From NCBI GenBank assembly GCA_001949185.1, contig BDGG01000003.1:2297663-2361662 (forward strand): a DNA stretch of 64,000 nt. Direction: 5' to 3'. The notes beneath the pieces are model-generated. The model ran no database searches. It saw only the letters and a program-made list of their open reading frames with translations, and was not told where the DNA came from. Positions 46,684-58,749 of the stretch are shown here, piece by piece; position 1 is the first letter of the stretch, and each line of letters opens with the position of its first letter. Source of the stretch: Ramazzottius varieornatus. Its lineage: Eukaryota > Animalia > Tardigrada. A program made the translations under genes and the position numbers.

Positions 46684-47358
46684 ATGGTCCTTCTTTCCAT
46701 ATGCTCCTGTTCCCTAATTTGCAGCGTGGCAGCCTACAACACATGCACCAAAAGTCAGCGTCATGAGGCAGTGAACGACTTCAACGCATTGTTCCTCATC
46801 AGTGGCCTCACATCCACTTGGCTCATTAACCTCCTCCTTACACTTGTCCATGTTGGTCAGGCGTTATTCCAGGAAAAGTTCATGCTGCGGACAAAAAGGA
46901 TGCTCCTAACTGACACCCAGCACTTCCGGCTGCTAGTGAGCCCACATACGAAGTATCGAACCTGCTTGAACTGAAATCTGAAAACAAGTTTCGCTTGCAG
47001 GAGTTCTTTCTGGGGATCATCTGTTCCGTATGGGTACTATCGAGTACCTGCCACCTGATGTTCACAGACCGTAGTCTGGTATATCAGTGCAGAGAGCAGG
47101 CTTCCTGCAGGTTCCTGGTTCTGGCAGTGGTAAGTCTACCATACCGAAGTTTCACGCCATTCAGAAATCTGGAATCACCTGTTAATCTGGAACTTTACAC
47201 AGATGCTCAGCTTTGCCACGGTGATAGCCACAATGGGCAGCATCGTCATTGCCCTTTGTGAATCTCTGCAGGGAGTAGAGTTCGAGAGACTAGCCATACC
47301 TCGCAGAATGCCCCCTACGACTGTATCGACGAGCCACAATCTCCTTCGGCTAACCTAA
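46684..47358 (+). CDS. Four-TM MARVEL-like protein, paralog 2 (3 exons)
   Basis: MVLLSICSCSLICSVAAY...FLISGLTSTWLINLLLTLV...|EFFLGIICSVWVLSSTCHL...C..C.FLVLAV|MLSFATVIATMGSIVIAL. Same exon layout as paralog 1. Confidence 0.5.
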
Positions 47359-50300
47359 TTTCATTTTTGTGACTACCCTCAACGCCGGTTAACTACAAGT
47401 ATCTTAAACTTATTAGCCCTTCTGAACAAAAAGGGGAAAATCGTGTAGTACTCAAGCGTTGTTCGTCCGAATCTTCTGGCTTGGGGTGGTTCGTAACGTT
47501 GCTTCATCGTGCTTCTGTCCTCATGCTTTCTCCCAATAGGGGCTCGAGTTTCTGCAAGGACATAAAACAAGATTCAAGTGGATGAAAATGGCGTATCCGT
47601 AGTGAGGTCGAAGTCCAGACTGCTGACTTCCGGTCCGCGGACTGCCGAACCCACGGGCACAGAAACCAATCGAATCACCAATAAAATCCACCTAGCCAAC
47701 CAGAATAAGTTAAGCGGGAGGACACGCCTTGATTGGTCCAACCACAATGGAGCACCGCCCACGTAGTTTCCTGGCGGCCATTTTGTCATTTAATTTTGAA
47801 GGTTAATTAGCCCGTTATCCTGGTTTCCCATCCAGAATCCATGCAAAATCGCGCAAAATTTCTGAAATTTGAGAAATTTATGGACTCACCTCCAGGAAGA
47901 CGTATAGAAAGATATTTTCAGGTGCGACATGAGCTGAGAATTCGCATACGAATATCCAACGTGGAAGATCTGACTTCGATTTTAGACACCAAAGCAGGCT
48001 GTGATATGCAAAGATGCCTCCTCTTGTTCCAGTCCAACGCACTCTGAGAAGTTCCAAAGTCACGCAGATGGCTCGAGAGGGTTCATTTTTTGCAACTGCA
48101 TTTCACTAGCTCGTCTGGTGGATAAAACATGCGAAGTCGCAACATGAAGATGCCATCAGGAAATCACGCTGAGCAAAACGTCTAGTCGATAATACTCCGT
48201 CGAAATTCCAGCTGGTTCAGAAGGTATTTGCCTCAGCCTGGACTAATTACAGAAGTAATCCAACCAACTCGAGTTTCGAGAACAATATTTTACTGTTTGT
48301 ACAAACTGATATTCCCACAGGTGCAGATGTTCCATCGATCGCGAGGCAATAAGCGGCAGTTCCGACCAACTTCCAGCCTTGCAAATTCGATCGTCCATCC
48401 TGCAAACTCTCCTCCTCAAAGATCCGAAAGTGGGAGATCTGCAAAGAACAAAAGTGGACAATGGAAAACAAAATGTTGTTGTTGACGAGATGGATAAAGT
48501 GGACGACAAAGAGACAGCCTGCAGTTGGCTGATTGACTAAAAATTTGAACTGCGGAGGAAAATCTAAAATTCCAATCGCGCAGCTGGTGCGTGCAGTGTG
48601 CAATACAGTTGTATCTCTAAACTTTGACTCAACGTTTGGCCACAATCCAGTTCGACATGCACCATTTATTCTGTAGCGACCAGGTTGTGAAAATGGCTGG
48701 TATTGAATAGAATTAGGTGATCAGTTTAAGACACACAACTGTAACACTTCATGCGCATTCGGAGTTGGGCGGACTTTCTCCACTTGAGCACTTTTTGATT
48801 CGTCCAAAAGACAATGCGTCACCTCGCTCCGGTTCACGGCTTGGCAGATGGCGCAACGGTCGATCGGCTGGCCTCTAAAGATGGCAGCACAGGCGGTCTG
48901 CTCTCATTGCACAAAATGTTTTCAGTTCACAGACTTCGTGCGTTTCCTGTTTCATATGGATTAGAAAATGGGACAACAAACATCGATTCTGACATCACGT
49001 ACTGAAGTGAAGCGCTTACATCAATATACCCGAACATCCATCTTTCGAAGCTAGCAGAGGTTAATAACTGTCGTAACGCATTGGTAAAATGTTTTCGTCA
49101 CTCTCATTGGAAACCGAAAACAGAAACCTTCCATGCTACGTAAAACGTTGGCCAGTGCCTGCAGTCTGCAGTGCGCAGTCTCCTCGACGGCACCAGTGTG
49201 GGTTGACCATAGTGTAAAATGTTCTATCAATCAGCAGCTAAATCAACTCCAGCTTTCATCGAACACAGCAGCAAGGCTATGTCGCCGATAGGTTTGGTTA
49301 AGTTTTTGATTACTGATTATCGCTGGTGGTGTATAGCATTAGATCGTCGGCAGGTTACGAGATCTTCTTGCCCTCCGGCATCCCTTGCTATCTTCGTCCC
49401 CTGTGTCCCCCCATTGCTGTATGCTCTCCCGAAATTCACGTACGTCACTGGCTCTCAAATCATTGGGGTCTTACCGTCTAGTTTTACACTCTGAATAGAG
49501 TGACGTACGTTAATTTCGGGAGAGTATACAGTATCCCTCTGCCTCTGTTTACCGATTAAGTCCATGGTTCGAACCTTTGACGGTGGAGAGTGGACCGTCT
49601 GCTGGCTAACCGTCTGTTTCTCGCAAGCTTGTTGTGGTGGGCCTCGACTTGTCCCATCATCACCTTCATCGCTGTTGTCATCTGTCTGGCCCCTTTTGTC
49701 GCCGTCTGTTCTGCTGCTGACTCTTCCCTAGAGTCTTCCCTTTGTTCTGCGCCGCTCTGTGGGTGTTTCCGTTGCAGGTTAGTGAACATCTGAGCCGAGT
49801 CATATCCCGCTAACCTGTTTGTATGCATGTGCGCGTTGCCGAATGGCGCATGTATCGTGGTGCTTGACAGCCAGGCAATTTGGGCACGAGTGCGACAAGC
49901 ACGTAAGTACTTTCTGCTCTTGTTTGTGCATGTGCAGTGTACGCGTCTGCTGGTCGCACTAACGCCATAAAGTCCGAGCTATCACGCACCACAAAACATT
50001 ACGGTGGGCCGGGGCTTTATGGTTTCAGCAGTGTTTTGATTGATGGAGACACACATCTTCTGAGCAACGAAATCATTTTCCAGGTCCGATGAAGTTCGCG
50101 GCGAAGAAAGTACGTAATGTCTCATTTGTTTCTACAACTTCGTTAATCATCTCGGGGCTTGTTAATACGAGAAACACGTTGTCCCGAGGTGATAATACTC
50201 GTTACAATTGCGTATCGAGCTTGGGCGGTTCCCCAACCGTCCAAGTTACGACTGGATCCCTTTCGGAACATCCATAAATTCAGTTTTCTAGTAACTTACG

Positions 50301-50898
50301 CGTGCCCAAACCCGAAACTCATTCCTCCACAATCGCAAAGTGGGTTTAGCGTCTAGACTGTGGTGGGCTGCTTTATGGAACGCCGTCTTTCCTTTCGTTC
50401 ATTCGCGATCTCGAGAACATCTTCCGGTCAAAGTTCGATGGCTTTAGGACACCCCCTCATGCCTTTCACTGCGATCTCTTCGGAAAAGATTCTGAAGATT
50501 TGGAAAGAAGATAATTTCGGCTCTGTAGACTGTTCTTGCGGTATTTTCGAACGTGATCTTCGGACTTGCCGAGTTTCTCTACAAATTCCGGTTGTATTTC
50601 TACTCCAAGGGTTGCACTCAGGTTGAGAAGCTCCCGAAACCTAAAGAAACAGGTGTTGTTAGGTAACCTAAGGATAGAATTCACCTGTGATCCCGTCCCA
50701 TGAACTACGTTTGTTTCCTACATTTTTTCACCTGTTTTACAATTTATTTTTCAGTTAAGCGTGACGTCATCCCATCCAACGGGCGTGTCGGGCTTCTTCT
50801 GCCTCTGCTCCAACCAGCGTTCAGACTGTTGTTGTGCGACGTTTTCAATATTATTGGTCCATGCACATTTTACACTATGGTGAACCCTCACTGAAAGC

Positions 50899-51315
50899 TC
50901 ATGATGAGCATTACATTTTACATCACTTTACATTTTGCATTACAGTTACACTTTTACACGACATTACAACCACGGGGAAGTTGTAATGTAAATGTAAACT
51001 GTAATACAATTTTCTCCTGCCAGAATCTGCGGTATTTTTGAGTATCTTGCCGCCAGAGATCTAAAATCCGGCTGACTTACGCGGAGAGATGTCAGAAACT
51101 TCTTGAGTCATTTTGCAACCGTGTTTTTGTCTTTGTCTGGAAGACAATTACGAAGTTCTATACTTTACTCTATGTTCTATTCTCTTTTAGGCGTTGTAAA
51201 TCGCTCGGTCTGTAAAATATAAACTAGTGTAAAATGCAATTACACTTTTACAATTACACTATTTTACATTACCCTTTACATTACACGGACCATCTGCGTG
51301 TTATGCTCATCATTA
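50899..51315. mobile_element. Putative MITE with TTACA/TGTAA subterminal arrays
   Basis: Inverted ends ATGATGAGCAT / ATGCTCATCAT and dense TTACA repeats near both ends. No clear TSD. Confidence 0.6.
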
Positions 51316-51493
51316 CTGGCTTTATATATCGATATATCACTGCAATAAAATTAGATATATCAACAATAAAATATCAGAAACGTATCATATCGAAATATTG
51401 ATATGTGGTCAATATCCAAAACGAAATATAAATATTGACAGATATCTACCAGAAAATATTATATCGTATTTTATCGAATTTATCCCAGCACTA
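51316..51493. repeat. AT-rich GATAT/ATATC repeat tract ending in a hAT-like terminus (MITE fragment)
   Basis: Repeated ATATCG/GATAT motifs; ends CCCAGCACTA (reverse complement TAGTGCTGGG). Confidence 0.45.
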
Positions 51494-51595
51494 TCTTCGA
51501 AACACGGCCAAGTCGATCAAACCATCTTGCTGATCGCACTTATGACGTCCCGTCTGCTAGCTCAGCTTGAGCAAGTCAGGCTGCAGCCTGGCTGA

Positions 51596-53952
51596 CGAGG
51601 GGATTTAGCCAATGCTCCAGTCTTATTTCACAAACTGAAACGACAGAGAGGTAGAGGAGAGTTTTCTCTATCGACTGGGATAGACCAGGCCGGCAGAAAA
51701 AAAATCCTGGAAAACACAACAGGAAGCGGAAGTGACGTCAAAATCTGGGCGGAACATCGGCATCAGTCAAGTAACTTGAATTTGTGCTGGTTGATTCGCC
51801 ATTTGATTGGTCTGTAACACTATATGGGTAGAAGAGCAGCTGATCACTACAGTTTTGATTGTTGTGTCAAACTTCGTTCTCTTTTCTCGTTTTCTCTCCT
51901 CCTGTTATCGCAGACATGGACTCTATTAACCCCTGGAACATCCTAAAGCTTTTGGAGATGGACTATGAACAGGATTTTCCACCCAACGACTCTCCAAGTG
52001 ACCATGACAAGTTGCTCAAGGCACTCATCAAAGGTATGGTAGGCTCGTTGATAAGGTACACACTTGAAGCCTATCCGAATCCATCATTCGCTTGCAGACT
52101 TCCTGGATATTCGCTTCAACCAAGCTGGAAGTCCGATCTTGGCCATCGAGGACGATCTTCAGTACCAGCTACAGATCAGTATGCCGACGTTCAAAGAGTT
52201 CGAAATGTCTGTCGCAGAAAACAACCTGTTGACTGGACATCGCGAAGCTGATTTTGAGCCATCCCCAAACGATCGCCTTGGAGAACCTGACTCAAGCGCA
52301 ACTGAACCTTCTACGCATGAGCTGTTTGTGCCTAGAATTCCCGATCCAAAAGTGCCGTCGAACCAAGCGGCTGATCTTGATTACAAGAAACGCGCCGTAC
52401 GATTCTGAAGTAATGCCGTCACAAAGAAGCGACGTAGTCTGTCAAGTGTTCAATTCTTATTCAAGAAAGTTACCAGTGTGCGTCAGCTCAATGAATGGGA
52501 GCGGCAGGTAGAAGACGGTGGTTCGCGTATCGATAAGCTGGAGGCGTTGCGACTCGAGACTGGAAGACAATTCTTTCTTGCCAAGCAGAAGCCTCACGTA
52601 GTGAAGGACATAGACATCCGGCGATGGGCTGTCACGGCGAATCGCGAGATCGGCCTTCCTGCTTTCGTAACGTCGTCATATTGGGTTAGCAGATTTAAGC
52701 GGTAAGTGCCATATCGTTTTCTAATTTTATTTGGTGATAGGGACGCCTGAGTGAACCGTTTGTTGTCAATATTCCTCAACGAATTAATTTGCGCTTTAGG
52801 TACTACGGTATCTGCGACCGCAAAATCATCAAGTTCGTGACACAAAAGTATCTGCAGGAAGTACCAGATAGAAAGAAGAGTGCCGACGAATGCGTTGCTC
52901 TCGTCAGATCAAGGATTCAAGCATATGGACTGGACTGCCTCTGGAACTCTGATCAGTCTGGATTCCAATACAAGATGAGGCCAGGTCGGACTTTGGATTG
53001 GGTGGGCGCAAAGCACGTTCTTGCTCTCACTCAGTCTGAGAATTCCATGACTCACAGTTACACTGTGATGATGTGTGTTTCACCAGGTGCTCGAAAGTAT
53101 CTTCCCGTTCTTTTCATTACACTGCAGGAAGATAAAGGTGTCTTTGGACCGATCGTGAAAAGAACGATGTTTAGAGCGAGCAACCTTCACGTTACCGCAT
53201 CAATATCCGGCAAAATGACAAAGGAGCGTTTCGTCAAATGGTGCGAAGAGGTTTTCTTCCCACAAATGGACGGACATTGCTTGTTCCTGGCAGATTCTTG
53301 GCCGACGTTTGCCGATCGAGACGCTGTAGAGGAAGTCAAGCCAGAGGAACTGGAGTACGAGATGATCACGATTCCTCCTAAAGTCATCGGTCAGATCCAG
53401 CCTCTAGATGTGCTGTGTTTTCGGATGTACAAAGGATACTTTCAAAAGGCTTCAAATTGGATATTTCTGAACGATCAACCTGTACAGGTTCACCATCGGG
53501 ACGTTATTCTCAAGCTGCATTCGCTGATCTATCAGCAGTTCACTTCTGGTAGGTTCGAAAATCTCATCGCACAAGCCTGGCAATTGTCTGGATGTATTGA
53601 CAGGTCTTACAAGTACGTAAATCCTGCGGAATTTTGTTTTGATGGACTTGTTGGTCCTTGTGACCGTGTTGACTGTAACCGCTCGTTGCTGTTGAAGTGT
53701 GGCTGGTGTAAGGCTCCATTGTGCTTCCATCATTTTTACGAGAGATATCCTTTCTGTAAAACTTATGTTCCTTGATGGTCTCTATCTTTACCATGTTCCG
53801 CCCAGACTCTGACGTCACTCCGCTTCCTGTTGTGTCTTCCAGGATTTTTTTCTGCCGGCCTGGTCTATCCCAGTCGATAGAGAAACCCCTCCTCTGCCTC
53901 TCTGTCGTTTCAGTTTGTGAAATAAGACTGGAGCATTGGCTAAATCCTCTCG
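51596..53952 (+). mobile_element. Tc4/Tc5-like DNA transposon, copy 2 (different subfamily)
   Basis: ~160-bp TIRs (51596-51757, 53793-53952) starting CGAGGGGATT, with TGA TSD at 51593-51595 and 53953-53955. Confidence 0.92.
51916..53775 (+). pseudogene. Tc5-like DD37D transposase, copy 2, nearly intact
   Basis: Introns 52034-52097 and 52702-52799. WNSDQSG, LADSW and QPLDV (37 residues between D2 and D3), plus a C-terminal Cys/His cluster. The only lesion I found is TGA at 52406 where copy 1 has TGG. Confidence 0.88.
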
Positions 53953-55436
53953 TGAATTTGGAAATTCATTCTGGAAATGTAATTTCAACGGCTCAGCTTT
54001 TCGTTTATTCTCGTTTGCTTCTTGTTTCTCCTTCTCTCCAAATCATCTTGCCACCATCGGAAGCAGACAACTTGGAAATGGAAACCGATAGTCCAGAAGA
54101 GCTGGAGAAATTGCTTTGCGAGCTGAGGGGATCGCCCCAAATGGTACAGCTGTTGTCTGGTAAGAATATCTGTTGGGATTTGTCTAAGGATGCTAGCGCT
54201 TCTTGCGTGCTTTGTCTTGACCTGTCTGTCTTGTTTCTTGCAGAGTATGTTCTCCCAACTCCCGAGCTCAGAGTAGAGGAAGAAAGCAGCCACAAAGATT
54301 ATCAAACCAGCCAAAGATGTCAGAACCAAAACCGAGCGGTAAGAATTCAACCGCTCCGTACAGTACCATTCTGTTTTCCTCACTGAAGCGGGTTAACGAA
54401 CAATGTTTCTTTCTGTTACAGACGGAAGGCCTCTAGACGTTCCTATCCCTGCTAGGCTGCTAGAGAGTCTTGAGGAGGAGGAAGATAGGCTCCAGCATGC
54501 AGATTTGTTTATTATGCTTGCCTTCTGTCCGATCGATCAACAATCCGAGTTCGATTTTCGATTGAGCCTAAATTCTCGGCACAGCCTTGACCGGGCTAGG
54601 GGGGCGTGCGTCAAGCCCTTTCTTGCCGTTCCATACTCTGATCTTGGTTTCTCTCCTGCAGGCCAAGGCTTGCTGGTCAGAGACTGGTAGCGGAAGGGAA
54701 GAACTAACGCTGATACTCGAGAACGGAACAGGGTGGGGAAGGGTGGAAGCTGCCGTGGTGCACATCATGAGACCTTCATCCGGCAAAGAGATCGGTGAAG
54801 ATCGGTGTCGTCGGTGCTGAAGGGCTGTCTCAGATGTTGCGTTGCGTTTAGCTTGATATGGTAATTCTGTGCCTGTTGTTTTGAAGAGACTGGATCCGTT
54901 TAATACTGAAACGGGCATTTCTAGGTGGAAAAAAGTTTTTTCTGCTGTTTTTCTTTGTCAGAGTACTTTTCTGATTATAGGAAAATCTTCTTACGACCTG
55001 CGTATATTTTTGCGGTCTCGGCCGGCTTTTGCAGTAGATTCTGCCTCTGTATCATGTCCAAGTCTCGGATAGAAAACGTCCAATCCTTGTAACGCAAGCC
55101 GTGTCGTGAAGACATCAAAACACACGAACGGCTTCCAATCCGCCGTTCAATCCGTGTTCGTTTTCCAATGAGGGCAAGGTTGTCCAACGAGTTTTTCCGG
55201 TGAGCATGTGCGACTGCTGTGCACTGCATAATATGGATCATCAAGTCCGCACGGTACTCCCCGGAGACCGTCGTAGTATCAGTATAGATCCAGCGGTTCC
55301 GTCGACAAAGGTGTTTGTTTTCTTTTGGTGGTGGCTGGTAGCTACCTTTTCGGACAGTACTAGTGCAACTTCACCAACTCGCGGAGCTAGGGCCTCACTT
55401 TGTTGTGTCGTCTGAAGGAAACAGCTCGGCTTGAAC

Positions 55437-58400
55437 ATGTACTTCGACCTTGGAAGGTTCCTGCTTCTGGCAAGTTTCGTACTACTTGTAAAAGCGAAGA
55501 ACCCTCAAGGGAGCATCTGGCATGAGTTCCCTCAACTCTGGCGTGCAGTGAATCCGCTAGGTGGAACACCGGTGACGGAAGTCTCCAATCAGGTACCCAC
55601 TGTCAGATTTGCATATCTTGCGCAACCAGAGATTAGAAAAGCTTATTTTTGTAGAGAAACTTTGATCTCTGGTTGAATTCCAGAACCATCGCAGACGCGT
55701 TTACAAACAGCCTTGCGTCCCAAAAGATCTACGATCGCGTGAGGTTTCTTTTGGCGTCGGATGCGGCACCTTCGCTGGTAAGTGGGTTAACTTAGTTCTA
55801 ATTTGTCAGGAAGTTTCCTTAATGCTTTTAAAAAAGATGCACCAGTTCAAAGGCAAAAACATTTTTATTTACCATAAGAGTCCACGAACGACTTTGGCGT
55901 CACTTGGAGCACTCGGAAATGTGCAGTCCCAGGTGGGTTCAGCCCGCTATTCCTTCACGACTCTCTATCCAGAGTTTCAGTCAATCGCATCCGCCACCGA
56001 ATGGTATAGCGGGTAAGTTCTGCTTTAGCTAAGTTCTCAGATTTGATCTCGTTCCTAGATATTCCGGCTATCTTCTTTTAAGAACCAATGTCTGCGTGTA
56101 CCGGGAAGAGTTTGACCTGAGCAAGAATCAGCATCTTCTGCTTCCTCCTTCAAGCGGAAGCTACGACGCCTTCAATAACGTCGCCGACCATTCCAGCTCC
56201 TGTGATTTCACTCCAGATAGCGAAGCTTACGTTTGTATCACCGAAATCCACCGACCAGATCTTCACCGCCGGTACACGGCTACCTACCAGTGCTGTTATG
56301 GGTTTTCCCGAGAACCCGGGAAAGCTGGTTGTCCGAAAGGTAAAGCAGTATCTGAGACGTGGGCAAATGACCTGAACCGGGTCGTTGTCTCAAGTGGCGC
56401 GCGTGTTCATTCTTTCTGGATGACAATGTGCGCCATTTGGTAACTAATGTGGTTCCGTTCAGATGCGATCTATTCTCCATCAGTTCATCCTCAAAATCGC
56501 TTGGATTCAAACTATGCGCTTATTGTAGCCATTCCACTGACTAGAAATTCAGACACCTTGAAGAACCTGCGCTTGACTTCCTTCGATCGAGCCATGGCTG
56601 AAGCCGGAATGAGTTCGCTTCTCGACATGGGGAACTACACGGTCTTCGCTCCATCCAACGAAGCATTCGAGAAACTTCAGCGATCGACGAATGTACAAAC
56701 GTACAACCAATCTATAGTCTTACAACATGGCCCATGATATAACTTATGTTTTGTGACTTAGAACAATGAGGTCGATGTGAGAGCGAGCGTGCCGTCAAAC
56801 AACATGCGCGCAACCTTGAGGAGCCACATCGTCAATGGGCTTTTACGTAGTAGCGGCATCACGGATGATCAGTCCTTCGATACACTCGACGGCCCCTCGA
56901 TCCGTATAAACCTTTTTATGACACCTACGCAAGTCTTCACGGCTAACTGCGCAAGGGTGATATCAGCGAACAACATCGCCACAAGCGGGGTGGTCCACGT
57001 CGTGGACAGCGTGCTTCAGCCGGTGACCGACACTCTACCTGAAGCGCTGAAGAAAGATGGCCGGTTTGGAAGTTGGATGGCTCTTCTAAACGACGCGGGG
57101 TTGCTGGAAGAACTGAATCGGCCAAGTGGGCAATGGACGCTGTTGGTACCCACTGACGACGCAGTTCGCAGCATTGACCGAAATATAAAACGAAGACTAA
57201 GCAATGACAAGACCTGCCTGAAACGTGAGCATTCTCACCGTGTTTAAATAAGTCCGCCTGAAGTAATGTTTCAACCGATTGTTTTTTTGATTCAACAGGT
57301 GTCCTTCAAACGCACATAATACCGAAAGTAATCTGTTCAACGGTCATAGAAAATACAGCGACCACGAAGAACGTCCTTAATCGCACTATGCGTTTTACTC
57401 GCACCGGAAGTGACTTGACCGTACAGAATCAGACAGTACTTAGTGGGGACCATATGACGAGAAACGGGATGTTTTTCGTCTTGGCTGACGTTATCATCCC
57501 GGAAGAAGGTACCAGTACCAAATAAGCCCTGAGTTCTCTCCGCACATGTACTAGTAGTTACTAAGTAAATGTTGATTCTGATTTATAGCGAAGAGCCTAT
57601 TGGAAATCGCGGCGGATGCCGGACTGACAGCTTTTCTTGGTATGCTGACAAAGACCGACCTGTCGTCCAAGATTGACGAGATGAAGAATGGGACAATATT
57701 TGCACCGAGTAATCGCGCTGTGGAGAAAATGCCGGAGACTGCGCGAAGACAGTTGGGTACTTTGGGCGGAAGCATGACGGATGCTTTGAATTATCTGACG
57801 GTTCAGCCCGCCGTTTTGCTTTCGGACTTCAAAGACAATCTAGAAATGAGTTCTACGCTACCAGGCTTCAGCCTGCGTATGAACATTTACGAAACGGTAA
57901 GCCCAAAAAGACTGACTTTCGGTCCATGAGAAATGAAGGAAATCCGTTTCTGTAGTTTCCCTATGGCAAGAAAATCTTCACGGTGAATTGCGCCAAGATT
58001 GTAATAGGGAACTTCCGGGGCTGTAATGGCAACATCCACGTACTAGATCGCGTCCTACTTCCTCCTTCGGGAAATATTCAACAAGTCCTTCAGTTCAGTG
58101 GAAACTACACTACGTTCCTGAACGCAATGAATATGACGGGCTTGGACAGTACTTTGAGAGCTTCCGGTCCAATGACGGTCTTTGCTCCGTCAGATCGGGC
58201 TTTCGCGGCATTGGCTCCAGAGGACCAGAAACTGCTCTTTACCAACGCGAGTTTGCTTCACTCTGTCCTTCAGCTGCATATCCTTCCACGTAAGATTATA
58301 TGTGGCATACCCTCAATCTTCTTCACATTAATAACAGTTACTTTACAAACAGCTGATGACTGTTTGCTTTTACAATAGGAGAAATGTGTTGCGCTGGAAT

Positions 58401-58590
58401 TATGACGGACTCGGCATTTTTCGGACAGTACACGCGCTCTATGAATACACAGTTCTCCCTGCCGTTGCATCGTAGTCAAGCCGATGGAATACGGATCGCT
58501 GGATCAACTGTGGATCTGTGTGACGTCATTGCGACCAATGGTGTCATCCATACCATCGACAAAGTTATTTTTCCCACGAATTTTTTATGA
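55437..58590 (+). CDS. Secreted EMI + tandem FAS1 protein (TGFBI/periostin/midline-fasciclin-like), multi-exon
   Basis: Signal peptide MYFDLGRFLLLASFVLLVKA and EMI-like GTNVC...YQCCYGF...GCP. Four FAS1 H1 motifs (YTVFAPSNEAF, WTLLVPTDDAV, GTIFAPSNRAV, MTVFAPSDRAF) and H2 motifs GVVHVVDSVL, GNIHVLDRVL, GVIHTIDKVI. Confidence 0.92.
56353..56480. repeat. Palindromic element, copy 13 (FAS1 gene intron)
   Basis: GACGTGGGCAAATGACCTGAACC...CTCAAGTGGCGCGC...GTGCGCCATTTGG...GGTTCCGTTCA. Confidence 0.8.
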
Positions 58591-58749
58591 GAAAAAAACA
58601 TTCGTTTCATCTTGGTTTTGGTCAGTTATTAATATATTTGACTGGCAGAATTTAAATGCAACGAACCAGGGACAGCCGGTGCGTAGTGGTCCACTGGCTG
58701 ACTGGTACCAAGGGTTATAAATTCAGAATACCGACGGCGGAAAAAAAAC

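Noticed and set aside
2651-56480. Palindromic repeats as a CRISPR array or as intron-generating (introner) elements
   Set aside because: Copies are dispersed rather than regularly spaced and there are no cas genes. Element ends do not coincide with splice sites, and some copies are outside introns.
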